A stretch of DNA of 64,000 bases, from NCBI GenBank assembly GCA_041660505.1, contig JBAZWG010000002.1, positions 868-64,867 of the forward strand, read 5' to 3'. The notes under the pieces were generated by a model. It had not been told where the DNA came from. It made no database searches and saw only the letters and a list, made by a program, of their open reading frames with translations. Source of the stretch: Minisyncoccota bacterium. GTDB lineage: Bacteria > Patescibacteriota > Minisyncoccia > Phycocordibacterales > JACRKE01. This document shows, piece after piece, positions 1 to 9,166 of the stretch (its first letter is position 1; each line of letters starts with the position of its first letter). The position numbers and the translations under genes were made by a program.

Positions 1-2
1 TC

Positions 3-158
3 CGTTGCCGACACATGTCCCGTGTCGCACTCCGCAACCAACCCGGCCTCTACGAACGCACCTGCGCCAAGTGCGGTAAACCCATAAGCACGCCATACGC
101 TCCAGACCGGCCGGAGATTGTGTATTGCGAAACATGTTACCAACAGGAGGTTGTATAA
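3..158 (+). CDS. 3' end (partial, window edge) of a Cys-rich zinc-ribbon protein; paralog of the C-terminal module of the 4440..6152 protein
   Basis: Frame-3 translation gives ...CRHMSRVALRNQPGLYERTCAKCGKPISTPYAPDRPEIVYCETCYQQEVV*, with stop TAA at 156-158. This matches the repeated module ...YAP(E/D)xP..VYC..CYQ.EVV at both ends of the 4440..6152 protein. GC is noticeably higher than in the full-length copy. Confidence 0.5.
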   Translation, partial: RCRHMSRVALRNQPGLYERTCAKCGKPISTPYAPDRPEIVYCETCYQQEVV

Positions 159-204
159 AATAGCTATTTTTGAATAAATTTCAGTCTTTCCATCACAAAT
201 AATT

Positions 205-1074
205 ATGGAACCGCTTGTGTCAGACACGGAGAATATTGAACCGACATATGAAAAAAATATTGGTTCTCGACTTATTTCTGTTTTAATGAACGAAGAGTTG
301 GCACCTTATTGCCTTAACACGTATATTAATTCATTTTCGGGAATGGGAGTGGATAATCCTGAACAGCATGCACAGAAAACGAACGAGTTGCTTTCGCAGG
401 ACAAGCCACTGCGTGAGCGAGAACGGGAAATCTGGGAATATTTGAAGACGCTTTCGGTGCATTATACACCTTTTGAGTCATATGTTGCCGGGCTCGTAAA
501 CGAACGACGAGACATTATGTTCAAGCAGGTTGCTCCGAACTTACTCATCGAAGGAAAAACTTTGGATTTCGGTGCTGGCAATGGAGAGTTTATGAGACAG
601 GTCCATGCGAGCTTCCCAAAACTGGACATTGAAGGATGGGATGTTGTAAGCGATGATTCAAAGGGCCAGGTGCAGGTATACGACGGTAAAGTCGTACCTC
701 GTGATGATAAATTTTATGATCAGGCATATGCGACCACTGTCCTTCATCATACGGCAGACCCATTTGCCGGTGCAGAAGAAATGGCACGGCTTACAAAAGA
801 ACGCCTTATTCTGATCGAGACAATTCCCGGTGAGCACACCGGCGATCGCAAAAAAGACTGGGACATTACCTTTGTTGCCGATTACTTTTGGCGTTTGATC
901 CACCGAAGCACCGAACCGGTACCCGGCTCATATTTAACAGCAGAAGAATGGCAAAAATTGTTTACAGAAAGATTGGGGTTCAAGCTAAAACACTTTGAAA
1001 ACCTAGGCCAAGACCAGAAAACAATCACCGTGAAGCACATACTTGCCGTGTTTGAACGAACCAGGGTTGTATAA
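205..1074 (+). CDS. class I SAM-dependent methyltransferase (substrate unknown)
   Basis: 289 aa; LDFGAGNGEF glycine-rich motif I typical of the Rossmann-fold MTase SAM pocket; an acidic residue follows ~20 aa later (EGWD). Confidence 0.55.
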   Translation: MEPLVSDTENIEPTYEKNIGSRLISVLMNEELAPYCLNTYINSFSGMGVDNPEQHAQKTNELLSQDKPLREREREIWEYLKTLSVHYTPFESYVAGLVNERRDIMFKQVAPNLLIEGKTLDFGAGNGEFMRQVHASFPKLDIEGWDVVSDDSKGQVQVYDGKVVPRDDKFYDQAYATTVLHHTADPFAGAEEMARLTKERLILIETIPGEHTGDRKKDWDITFVADYFWRLIHRSTEPVPGSYLTAEEWQKLFTERLGFKLKHFENLGQDQKTITVKHILAVFERTRVV

Positions 1075-1101
1075 GGAAGAGAGCTCTGGTATAGTTTACC
1101 C

Positions 1102-1419
1102 ATGAAAGCAAAAGCTCCTAGTACGAAAAAGTATTTGACCGAGAAAAAGTTCGGTATTTTTCAGAGTACTTTTGATAAGGCCATGACGGGGATTGCGAAA
1201 TCTTTCGCCGGAATTCATCAACTTCTTGCAGAACACGGCAGAATGCATGCAAGCCATACAAAATCCTTTGAGTTAATAATGACCGAACTGAAAACAATTC
1301 ACACAGATAACCAACATTTCAAGCAAACTATGTCGGCCATGCAGCGCGATTTAACTGGGCATGATAGACAGCTCGACAATCATGAAATCCGCATAGAGAA
1401 ACTGGAGGTACATGCATAG
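1102..1419 (+). CDS. hypothetical small coiled-coil protein
   Basis: 105 aa ORF in a tight operon context; its stop overlaps the ATG of the next gene (ATGCATAG). No recognisable motifs. Confidence 0.4.
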   Translation: MKAKAPSTKKYLTEKKFGIFQSTFDKAMTGIAKSFAGIHQLLAEHGRMHASHTKSFELIMTELKTIHTDNQHFKQTMSAMQRDLTGHDRQLDNHEIRIEKLEVHA

Positions 1420-2299
1420 AACTCCAGAAAAAAATATTCTTGTATTTTATCACGCCAATTGCCCGGATGGGTTTGGCGCCGCTTGGTCGGCTTGGAAGTC
1501 GCTTGGCGACACAGCAGAATATATTCCTTATCAGCATGGGCGCACGCAACTGCCGGATGTAACGAGTAAAGAGGTTTATACGCTTGATATGACCTTACCC
1601 GAGCCGGTATTTAGTGATGTGTTGATTAAAGCTAAATCACTAACGAGCATTGATCATCACATTACAAATCAAGATCATATTGGCCGATCAACGAAATTCG
1701 TTTTTAACGTGAATCATTCCGGCGCATCACTTTCTTGGATCTACTTTCATCCAGAGTTGCCGGTGCCTAAACTTATTCAATATGTAGAGGATAACGACTT
1801 ATGGCTTCATAAGTTACCTTTTGCTCAGGAGATTCCATCAGCGACATGGCTTTTAGACTATAACTTCGATGAGTGGAGCGATTATGCAGACCTACTTGAT
1901 GATTCAGTAGGATTTGAGAAATCTACAGAACAGGGGACACTCTTGCTTAAAGCATTCTTGAAGCAAGCAGGCGAGCTGGCCGAGGAGCACTATTTTATAG
2001 AACTCGAAGGGATGAAAATCCCGGTTGCGAACTGCCCGGGCCATGTCTCCGACGTTGGTCATATGCTCTATACCAAGTATCCGCCGATGGCACTCATGTG
2101 GTCACGCAAGAAGAACGCAATAGTTGTGTCATTACGCTCCGACGGCAACAAAGACGTCTCGGAACTTGCTGTTAAATACGGCGGGGGCGGTCACAAAGCG
2201 GCTGCGGGGTTTACGATACTTCTGGATACCGTAGATATGCCGGAAAATAAGCTAAAAAAAGACTTGTTGGCCAAACTTCTTTCCCCTTCGCAAAAGTAG
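1412..2299 (+). CDS. DHH/DHHA1 phosphoesterase (NrnA-like nanoRNase / pAp phosphatase)
   Basis: YHANCPDGFGAA (DHH motif I/II region), IDHH motif III, and C-terminal GGGH(K)AAAG DHHA1 motif; 295 aa. Confidence 0.75.
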   Translation: MHRTPEKNILVFYHANCPDGFGAAWSAWKSLGDTAEYIPYQHGRTQLPDVTSKEVYTLDMTLPEPVFSDVLIKAKSLTSIDHHITNQDHIGRSTKFVFNVNHSGASLSWIYFHPELPVPKLIQYVEDNDLWLHKLPFAQEIPSATWLLDYNFDEWSDYADLLDDSVGFEKSTEQGTLLLKAFLKQAGELAEEHYFIELEGMKIPVANCPGHVSDVGHMLYTKYPPMALMWSRKKNAIVVSLRSDGNKDVSELAVKYGGGGHKAAAGFTILLDTVDMPENKLKKDLLAKLLSPSQK

Positions 2300-2338
2300 C
2301 TATTCTCTGCTATTATTAGCCATACATAACAATATTGT

Positions 2339-3676
2339 ATGGAAAGAACATATATCAAGGATCTTGGCCAACAAATTGGCCAGGAAGTGCTAATTAAAGG
2401 CTGGGTTAACGGGCGACGCGATCAAGGCAAGTTGGTCTTCTTCGACTTTCGCGATATGAGCGGACTTGTACAGGGAGTAGTGCTTCCTAAAAGCTCGGCG
2501 ATGGATACGGCTAAGGACATCCGAAATGAATTTGTGGTAAAGGTAGAGGGGGTTGTAAATAAAAGGGCGGAAAGAAATATTCAAGCCGGACGCAAAAATG
2601 GCGACATAGAAATTGAGGTAAAGAAGATTGAGGTCCTGGCTGCGGCAGAGGCTTTGCCATTCGACATGTCATTCGAGAGTTTTAATTTCGATTTAACGAC
2701 ACAGCTTGATCACCGCGCCTTAATGCTCCGCCACCCGCGCTTACAAGCGATATTCAAAGTGCAAAGCGTCATCATAGATTCCTTCCGGGAATACATGAAG
2801 AGTCAGAACTTCTTTGAGTTCCAAGCTCCGTCTATCACTCCGGCCACTGCGGAAGGGGGCGCGGAGGTCTTTCAGGTTAATTATTTCGACAAGAAGGCAT
2901 ACCTTTCTCAATCTCCGCAACTGTATAAGCAGATTGTGATGACAGCTTTCGAGAGGGTCTTTTCGGTAAATAAAATCTTTCGCGCAGAGCCGAGTGCTAC
3001 CACCAGACATCTGACCGAGATTGTTTCTCTTGATGCCGAGATGGCATTCATCGACTCTTGGCTTGACGTAAGAGATATGTCAGAATCAACCGTGCGCTAT
3101 ATTCTCAAGGAGGTGAGTACCCGATGCGCAGATGAGTTGGCCATCCTTGGTGCCGAAATTCCAACCATGATTGACAAAACACCCACCCTGTCACTTACGG
3201 AGGTGCAAGAGAAAATATTTAAGGCCAGTGGCCGCGACTGTCGCGGTGATAAAGACCTTAATCCGGAAGATGAGCGGGCAATATGCGAAATTATTAAGGA
3301 AGAGACCGGTTCAGATTTCGTCTACGTCTATGGTTATCCGACTCGCCAGAAGCCCTTCTATGTCTACCCTAATCCGGAAAATCCAGAATTTAACGAGGGG
3401 ATGGACCTTCTCTGTCGCGGCGTGGAGTGGCTCTCCGGCGGACGTCGCATCAACGACTACAAGCAGCTTATGCAGCATGTAAATGAGTGGAACATGGACC
3501 CGGAGAAAATTTCTATGTTCCTGGAGGCCTTTCGCTACGGGGTCCCGCCAGAAGGCGGGTTTGCGTTCGGAGCAGAGAGACTTACGATGCAGATATTGGG
3601 ACTCAAGAATGTCCGAGAGGCCTCAATGTTCCCAAGGGACATGAATCGGATAGATACATTATTAAGCCAGGAGTAA
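2339..3676 (+). CDS. aspS: aspartyl-tRNA synthetase, archaeal/type-2 (short, probably non-discriminating)
   Basis: 445 aa with an N-terminal OB anticodon-binding fold (KGWVNGRRDQGKLVFFDFRD). Class II motif 2 FRAEPSATTRHLTE and motif 3 GGFAFGAERL. Overall collinear with archaeal AspRS rather than the ~590 aa bacterial form. Confidence 0.85.
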   Translation: MERTYIKDLGQQIGQEVLIKGWVNGRRDQGKLVFFDFRDMSGLVQGVVLPKSSAMDTAKDIRNEFVVKVEGVVNKRAERNIQAGRKNGDIEIEVKKIEVLAAAEALPFDMSFESFNFDLTTQLDHRALMLRHPRLQAIFKVQSVIIDSFREYMKSQNFFEFQAPSITPATAEGGAEVFQVNYFDKKAYLSQSPQLYKQIVMTAFERVFSVNKIFRAEPSATTRHLTEIVSLDAEMAFIDSWLDVRDMSESTVRYILKEVSTRCADELAILGAEIPTMIDKTPTLSLTEVQEKIFKASGRDCRGDKDLNPEDERAICEIIKEETGSDFVYVYGYPTRQKPFYVYPNPENPEFNEGMDLLCRGVEWLSGGRRINDYKQLMQHVNEWNMDPEKISMFLEAFRYGVPPEGGFAFGAERLTMQILGLKNVREASMFPRDMNRIDTLLSQE

Positions 3677-4413
3677 TGCCGCAATTCGCCGTCAAAAATG
3701 AAAAATTCGAGGGACCGCTCGGGCTTTTGCTTACCTTGATCACCGAACGCAAGATGCATATTTCGGAAGTTTCTTTGGCCGAGATTGCCGACACTTATAT
3801 TTCTTACGCGTCTAAGCTCGAGGAGTTCCCGATACACGAATCAGCCGAGTTCTTACTCGTCGCCTCGACACTCATGCTTATCAAATCGCGTTCGCTCTTG
3901 CCCGGCATAGTCATAACAGACGACGAGCAGAGCGAGATAAAAAATCTTGAGGAGCGCTTGAGGTTATACGCAATATATCAAGAGGCAGGCAAGAAAATTT
4001 CTGAAGAGTTCGGGGCTAGAGAATTACTATTACCATATGAACGTAAAGAAACTGTTATATTCGCACCGCCCGCAGACGGTTCGCTATGGCCAACAGGGTT
4101 GTCTAGAATAGTCATGAACCTGCTTAATGCCATACCAACTATCGCGCCTATCCCGCAGACGACAATCAAGAAGATAATGTCGCTGGAGGAGGCAATGCAA
4201 GGTCTGCTCACGCGCGTCACGCAGGGGATTAAACTGTCGTTTAGAGAAGCTCATGAGGGCAAGCACGGGCCGGAGCATAAGCTAAATATTGTTTTAAGCT
4301 TCCTAGCTCTGCTCGAATTAATGAGGAGAGGCAAAATAAGCGTCGAACAGCACAGCACCTTCCATGACATACTTATCCAACCGGAAGAAGTAAGCACACC
4401 GATATATGGATAA
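3676..4413 (+). CDS. scpA: segregation and condensation protein A (ScpA)
   Basis: Start reassigned to ATG 3676, which overlaps the aspS stop (TAATG), with AGGAG 3 nt upstream. N-terminus MPQFAVKNEKFEGPLGLLLTLITERKMHISEVSLAEIADTYISY is the canonical ScpA kleisin N-terminal motif. The longer ORF-track N-terminus (from 3487) is rejected. Confidence 0.8.
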   Translation: MPQFAVKNEKFEGPLGLLLTLITERKMHISEVSLAEIADTYISYASKLEEFPIHESAEFLLVASTLMLIKSRSLLPGIVITDDEQSEIKNLEERLRLYAIYQEAGKKISEEFGARELLLPYERKETVIFAPPADGSLWPTGLSRIVMNLLNAIPTIAPIPQTTIKKIMSLEEAMQGLLTRVTQGIKLSFREAHEGKHGPEHKLNIVLSFLALLELMRRGKISVEQHSTFHDILIQPEEVSTPIYG

Positions 4414-4439
4414 AAATATAGCGAAATAAAAAAACTAAA

Positions 4440-6152
4440 ATGAACCGAGAAAATAAATCCTGCCAGAATTGTAAACAAAGCTTCGTAATAGAACCGGAGG
4501 ATTTCGCCTTTTACGAGAAGATAAAAGTTCCTCCGCCCACTTTCTGCCGTGAATGCCGCAGGACGCGTAGACTATTGTGGCGAAACATTCGTACGCTTTA
4601 TCGCGGCTCTTGTGCGCTTTGCGGACAGGCTACAATATCGATGTACGCACCAGAGAGCCCTTATGTCGTATATTGCCGCACCTGCTGGTATTCCGACAAG
4701 TGGGACCCGACGAGCTATGGGCGCGATTACGACTTCTCTCGACCATTCTTCGAACAATTTGGTGAATTACTCCGTGTCGTGCCACGCGTTGCGATACTAT
4801 ATTACGGTAATCCTGTTAACTGCACTGCTTCTAACTCGCTCCTTGATAGCAAGAATTTGTACATGTGTTATTCGGGTATTTTTAGCGAGGACTGTGCATA
4901 TTCGCAAAATTTAGACCAATCCAGAAGCTCCTTTGATTGTCTCGATGCAAAAGAGCTGGAGCTTTGTTATGAAAATGTCGATGCCACCAAAAATTACAAT
5001 TCGCACCACCTCGTACATACGCGCAATTGTCTAGAATCATCTTTCCTTTACGATTGCTCAAACTGTCAGAACTGTTTTATGAGCAGTAATTTGCGCAATA
5101 AACAGTATGTGTTTCGCAATAAGCAATACAACAAAGCAGACTATGAACTTGCAATCAAGGAATTAAATACCGGCACCATAGCCACTATTGAGGCACTGCG
5201 TACTGAATTTAGGCAGATGATCAAGGGAGCATTGCATAAATATGCCGATATAAACAAATCTTCAAATTGCACAGGAGATATGATTGACAGCTCAAACAGC
5301 GTTCGCCAGTCGTTCAATGTTTACAACGGCGATAATCTTAAATACTGCGATCGACTATTACCCGGCCATAAAGATTCTTATGATGTTATGGGCGGCAGGG
5401 GTTCGGAATTACTGTATGAAGGGATTATTTGCGGGTCAGGATCCAACACTATTCATTTCTTCAATTCTTCCGACCAAGCTCGCGAAACAGATTACACAGA
5501 CTGGTGCATGGATGTTTCTAATTTATTCGGCTGCGTGTCTTTGAGAAAAAAGAAATATTGCATATTAAACAAGCAATACTCGCAGGGGGAATATATCGCT
5601 CTGCATAAAAAAATTATAGAACACACTACCCAGACCGGAGAGTATGGGGAATTCTACCCTAAAGAAATCTCACTTTTTGCATATAATGAGACGTTGGCTC
5701 AAGAATACGACCCTCTCACAAAAGTAGAAGCTCTCGCAAAAGGTTTTAGGTGGCGAGACCCCGACACCAAGGATTATAAAGTTACGCTCCCAACGCAAAA
5801 CCTCCCGGAGTCAATAGATGAGATTGATGACAACATCATTAACGAGACCATTGGTTGCGCGCATGAAGGAAAGTGTAACGACGGGTGTACTACTGCCTTT
5901 CGAATAATACCAACAGAACTTTCCTTGTATCGCAATATGCGACTTCCCATACCGCGTTTATGCCCAAACTGTCGACACGTAGAAAGACTTTCGTATCGCA
6001 ATCCATTCTATCTTTGGCACCGACAATGCATGTGCGATAAAGCTCATTCTCATCATCAAGGTCATTGCTCGAATGAATTTGAAACAACCTACGCCCCTGA
6101 TCGGCCGGAGATAGTTTATTGTGAACAGTGTTATCAAAATGAAGTTGTCTAA
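4440..6152 (+). CDS. Cys-rich protein with duplicated zinc-ribbon modules at both termini and a Cys/Asn/Ser-rich repetitive core; function unknown
   Basis: 570 aa. N-terminus: CQNC..FCRECRRTRRLLWRN..LY..CALCG...YAPESPYVVYCRTCW. C-terminus: CNDGC...CPNCRHVERLSYRN..LW..CMCD...YAPDRPEIVYCEQCYQNEVV. These are two copies of a C-x2-C...C-x2-C...YAPxxP..VYC..C module. It sits between scpA and scpB. Confidence 0.6.
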   Translation: MNRENKSCQNCKQSFVIEPEDFAFYEKIKVPPPTFCRECRRTRRLLWRNIRTLYRGSCALCGQATISMYAPESPYVVYCRTCWYSDKWDPTSYGRDYDFSRPFFEQFGELLRVVPRVAILYYGNPVNCTASNSLLDSKNLYMCYSGIFSEDCAYSQNLDQSRSSFDCLDAKELELCYENVDATKNYNSHHLVHTRNCLESSFLYDCSNCQNCFMSSNLRNKQYVFRNKQYNKADYELAIKELNTGTIATIEALRTEFRQMIKGALHKYADINKSSNCTGDMIDSSNSVRQSFNVYNGDNLKYCDRLLPGHKDSYDVMGGRGSELLYEGIICGSGSNTIHFFNSSDQARETDYTDWCMDVSNLFGCVSLRKKKYCILNKQYSQGEYIALHKKIIEHTTQTGEYGEFYPKEISLFAYNETLAQEYDPLTKVEALAKGFRWRDPDTKDYKVTLPTQNLPESIDEIDDNIINETIGCAHEGKCNDGCTTAFRIIPTELSLYRNMRLPIPRLCPNCRHVERLSYRNPFYLWHRQCMCDKAHSHHQGHCSNEFETTYAPDRPEIVYCEQCYQNEVV

Positions 6153-6160
6153 TTTAATCA

Positions 6161-6200
6161 GCTCCGACGCTTTGGTCGGAGCCCCGACTGCAACGTCGGG
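6161..6200 (+). terminator. two tandem GC hairpins downstream of the 4440..6152 gene (terminator-like; no U-tract)
   Basis: gctccgac-gctttg-gtcggagc followed directly by cccgac-tgcaac-gtcggg. Confidence 0.3.
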
Positions 6201-6208
6201 GCAAGAAG

Positions 6209-6217
6209 TGGTATAAT
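6209..6217 (+). promoter_or_regulatory. extended -10 promoter TGgTATAAT
   Basis: Perfect TGnTATAAT 10 nt upstream of an ATG at 6228 (a 16-codon ORF MEVRILEYKIGLDELK) and ~45 nt upstream of the 6265 ORF. The same GTGGTATAAT box appears at 35381-35390. Confidence 0.45.
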
Positions 6218-6264
6218 AGAAGATAATATGGAAGTCAGGATACTTGAATACAAGATTGGATTGG

Positions 6265-6582
6265 ATGAACTCAAATAATAACATGGAGAGAACAGCACTA
6301 TTCTACATGGCGAATGCGCACCCAGAGATTGGGAGGATGTTGAACTATGCCGAAAAGGGCGAGACGATTGCAGCCGAAGCGGCGCAACAACGCGCCCTTG
6401 CTATCGTTGATACGATACTTGCGCGGCACGATATCGCTCCCGCAGGTAGGGAGGAGTGGCGTGCCGTAAAAAGTCTTCTGATGGGTTATACGATCCTTGA
6501 TGAGTACGCACGCAAGGTATTGCGGAACTTTGCCGAACCGTTTTCTTACAAATTTATGTATGAATACGCACATGGAAAGTAG
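6265..6582 (+). CDS. hypothetical protein
   Basis: ORF-track 6244..6582 begins at a TTG; the first in-frame ATG is 6265 (alternative 6283). No recognisable motifs. The 3' end overlaps the scpB start by 11 nt. Confidence 0.35.
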   Translation: MNSNNNMERTALFYMANAHPEIGRMLNYAEKGETIAAEAAQQRALAIVDTILARHDIAPAGREEWRAVKSLLMGYTILDEYARKVLRNFAEPFSYKFMYEYAHGK

Positions 6583-7117
6583 CGTGATACAACTCGACCG
6601 GAAAATAGAGGCTCTGCTTTTTATGAAAGGCGAGCCTATGGGGATTGCGGAGCTTATGAAGCTTTGTTCTGTCGGAGAAGGGGAGCTTGAGATGGCCATT
6701 GCAGAACTAATTACGCGACTTGAGGCGGGCGCGACGCGGCTCACACGCACGGAGGATACTGTGGCGCTCACGACCAAGCCGGAGCTTTATGAATTCTTGC
6801 AGGAAGTCTTGAAGCTGGAGCGGACAGAGCCTTTGACCAAATCCCAGCTCGAAGTTCTCTCGATAGTCTTGTACGAGCATCCCGTAAGCGCGGCCAAGGT
6901 AGAATATGTGCGCGGGGTTAATTCTCGCTACAGAATCCGTGCGCTTATGCTCCGCGGGCTTATCGAGCGCAAAGCAGACGAGAACGACGCTCGAGTTTCT
7001 CTCTATGTGCCGACCATCGAGCTCCTCCAACTCCTAGGAATCACGGATGTGACACGATTGCCGGATTATGCTTTAATTAAAGACAAACTTGCCGCTGTGG
7101 TACAAGACAAGCATTAG
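6572..7117 (+). CDS. scpB: segregation and condensation protein B (ScpB)
   Basis: Start reassigned to ATG 6572. MESSVIQLDRKIEALLFMKGEPMGIAELMKL is the ScpB winged-helix N-terminal signature (IEALLF..GEP); 182 aa. Confidence 0.8.
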   Translation: MESSVIQLDRKIEALLFMKGEPMGIAELMKLCSVGEGELEMAIAELITRLEAGATRLTRTEDTVALTTKPELYEFLQEVLKLERTEPLTKSQLEVLSIVLYEHPVSAAKVEYVRGVNSRYRIRALMLRGLIERKADENDARVSLYVPTIELLQLLGITDVTRLPDYALIKDKLAAVVQDKH

Positions 7118-7128
7118 GCATTATCTTT

Positions 7129-8193
7129 ATGAACGCGCCGATTTTAAAGATTTTTATACCGCTTACCATATCATTCCTAACCGGATTGGCGATAACGCCG
7201 ACTCTAACTACTTTTTTATATAAACACAAATTGTGGAAGAAGAAGGTACGCAGTGTCGGTATCGACGGCAAGGCCACGCCGATCTTCAGCAATCTGCATA
7301 AAGATAAAGAGGTTGGCACCCCGCGCATGGGCGGTATCGTGATCTGGGGGAGTACGCTGATAACTACACTTATATTTTTCGGCCTGGCGCAAGTCGATCA
7401 TAACAGTATTCTCGAACGATTCTCTTTTCTCTCGCGCAATCAAACCTGGCTGCCGTTTATTTCTCTTATCGCCGGCTCTTTAGTTGGTCTGATAGACGAC
7501 ATCTTGCACGTTGCGGAGAACGAGGGTCACGCGGTGGGCGGAGGGGGCCTCTCTTTGGCGAAGCGCCTAGCCGCAGTGCTTGTCATCGGGCTCATCGGCG
7601 GCTGGTGGTTCTATGCCAAGCTTGGCAACAGCACCCTCTGGTTCCCATTCGAAGGCCAGATCTACGTCGGATTATGGATGATACCACTGTTTATGCTGGT
7701 AATGATTGCAATGTATTCCGGTACTGTTATTGACGGGCTAGACGGCTTGTCCGGCGGAATCTTTACTATCATGTACGCGTCGTATTCTCTCATCGCTTTC
7801 TATCAAACGCAATATGACATAGCCGCACTTTGTGCGGTAATCGCCGGCGCAACGCTTGCGTTCCTTTGGTTCAATATCCCGCCCGCCAGATTCTATATGA
7901 CAGAGACCGGTACGCTTGGCCTAACTATTACCTTGGCAGTTATTGCCTTTCTTACAGACACCGTTCCGGTTCTTGTCTTTATTGGTTTTCCCCTGCTCGC
8001 GGAATCAGGTTCAGACATCATTCAACTATTGTCAAAAAAATTCAGAGGCGGTAAGAAAGTTTTTCTTGTCGCACCGATACATCATCACTTCGAGGCGCTT
8101 GGCTGGCCGTCGTATAAAGTGACAATGCGCTTCTGGATAGTGGGTATCATCACATCTATCATGGGTATTGTTGTAGCGATAGCGGGCAAATAG
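7129..8193 (+). CDS. mraY: phospho-N-acetylmuramoyl-pentapeptide transferase (MraY)
   Basis: GTPRMGGIVIW, VIDGLDGLSGG and PIHHHFE motifs; 354 aa polytopic membrane protein. Confidence 0.9.
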   Translation: MNAPILKIFIPLTISFLTGLAITPTLTTFLYKHKLWKKKVRSVGIDGKATPIFSNLHKDKEVGTPRMGGIVIWGSTLITTLIFFGLAQVDHNSILERFSFLSRNQTWLPFISLIAGSLVGLIDDILHVAENEGHAVGGGGLSLAKRLAAVLVIGLIGGWWFYAKLGNSTLWFPFEGQIYVGLWMIPLFMLVMIAMYSGTVIDGLDGLSGGIFTIMYASYSLIAFYQTQYDIAALCAVIAGATLAFLWFNIPPARFYMTETGTLGLTITLAVIAFLTDTVPVLVFIGFPLLAESGSDIIQLLSKKFRGGKKVFLVAPIHHHFEALGWPSYKVTMRFWIVGIITSIMGIVVAIAGK

Positions 8194-8201
8194 AGCAGAT
8201 T

Positions 8202-9164
8202 ATGATAGAACGCTTTACTGTAAAGATGCTTAGAGGATCGGCAGAGCAATTGAAATTCAAGTGTATTGTTGAGCCTAAGTTCGGCCATGTCGGTTATATA
8301 GAAAATAATACCGGCGAGAGATTCTTTTTTAAGTTATCAGCTCTGGATATAAATCCACTGGGCGCTTCGAAGATTGCGACTGATAAAGATTATACGCAAT
8401 TCCTGCTGGAGAAATTCGGTTATCCTGTGATATCCACAGAAACATTCTTCTCTGACGAATGGTGCAGAATAAATAATACCCAGAATAATTTAACTGCCGC
8501 ACTGGAATACGCAGAAAAGGTTGGTTATCCGCGCATAGTTAAACCCAACAGCAAGGGCCAGGGTAGGGGAGTGGCCAAAGTATATTCCGACGAAGAGCTC
8601 AAATTGGCACTTATTAATATTTTCGCAATAGATAATATCGCGCTTATACAGCCTTGCGTTCCGGGTACTGATTATCGCGTTGTAGTGTATAAAGATAAAG
8701 TTGTAGCGGCATATTCTCGCACGCCACTTATTATATTCGGCGACGGAATAAAAAGCATACGAGAGCTCTTGCCTGCATATGACATACCACTGCCAACAAT
8801 CGTATCGAGGATAAAGCGCGAGTATAATTTGACATTGGATTCTATCCCAAAAAATGGCGAGAGATTACAGCTTCTGGATAATGCCAACCTCTCGACCGGA
8901 GGCCAAGCCAGAGACATGACAGATACTATATGCGATAACGCGAAAGAGTTAGCCATAAAAGCGGTAAAAGATCTGGGGCTCAATCTGGCGGGCGTTGATA
9001 TTTTAACCACAGACGATATCGAGAAGAGCATGGTAGAATATGTAATTGTAGAGGTTAATTCGATGCCGGGCATGGAACATTATTCGGCACTAGGTCCGGA
9101 CCAGCTTGAGCGTACTCGCAGATTATACATAGATATAGTGCAAGATTATTTTAGCCATGATTAG
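8202..9164 (+). CDS. ATP-grasp ligase, D-Ala-D-Ala ligase (Ddl)-like with a short divergent N-terminal domain
   Basis: ASKIATDKDYTQFLLEKFGYPV resembles the Ddl ASALSMDKLRSKLL..GLPV segment. YPRIVKPNSKGQGRGV matches the ATP-grasp P-loop region. C-terminal YVIVEVNSMPGMEHYS resembles Ddl EANTSPGMTSHS. It lacks the Ddl N-terminal HGxxGEDG motif. It occupies the slot between mraY and ftsW usually held by murD. Confidence 0.65.
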   Translation: MIERFTVKMLRGSAEQLKFKCIVEPKFGHVGYIENNTGERFFFKLSALDINPLGASKIATDKDYTQFLLEKFGYPVISTETFFSDEWCRINNTQNNLTAALEYAEKVGYPRIVKPNSKGQGRGVAKVYSDEELKLALINIFAIDNIALIQPCVPGTDYRVVVYKDKVVAAYSRTPLIIFGDGIKSIRELLPAYDIPLPTIVSRIKREYNLTLDSIPKNGERLQLLDNANLSTGGQARDMTDTICDNAKELAIKAVKDLGLNLAGVDILTTDDIEKSMVEYVIVEVNSMPGMEHYSALGPDQLERTRRLYIDIVQDYFSHD

Positions 9165-9166
9165 TA

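Noticed and set aside
3487-3675. N-terminal 63-codon extension of scpA in the ORF track. Similar extensions of scpB (6497), PBP2 (27636-27689), TerC (56212-56379), mreB2 (35320-35397) and the priA-like gene (47948)
   Set aside because: The extensions overlap upstream genes or mobile-element sequence, begin at TTG/GTG in several cases, and remove conserved N-terminal signatures from their expected position. Internal ATGs with -10 boxes or stop/start overlaps fit better.
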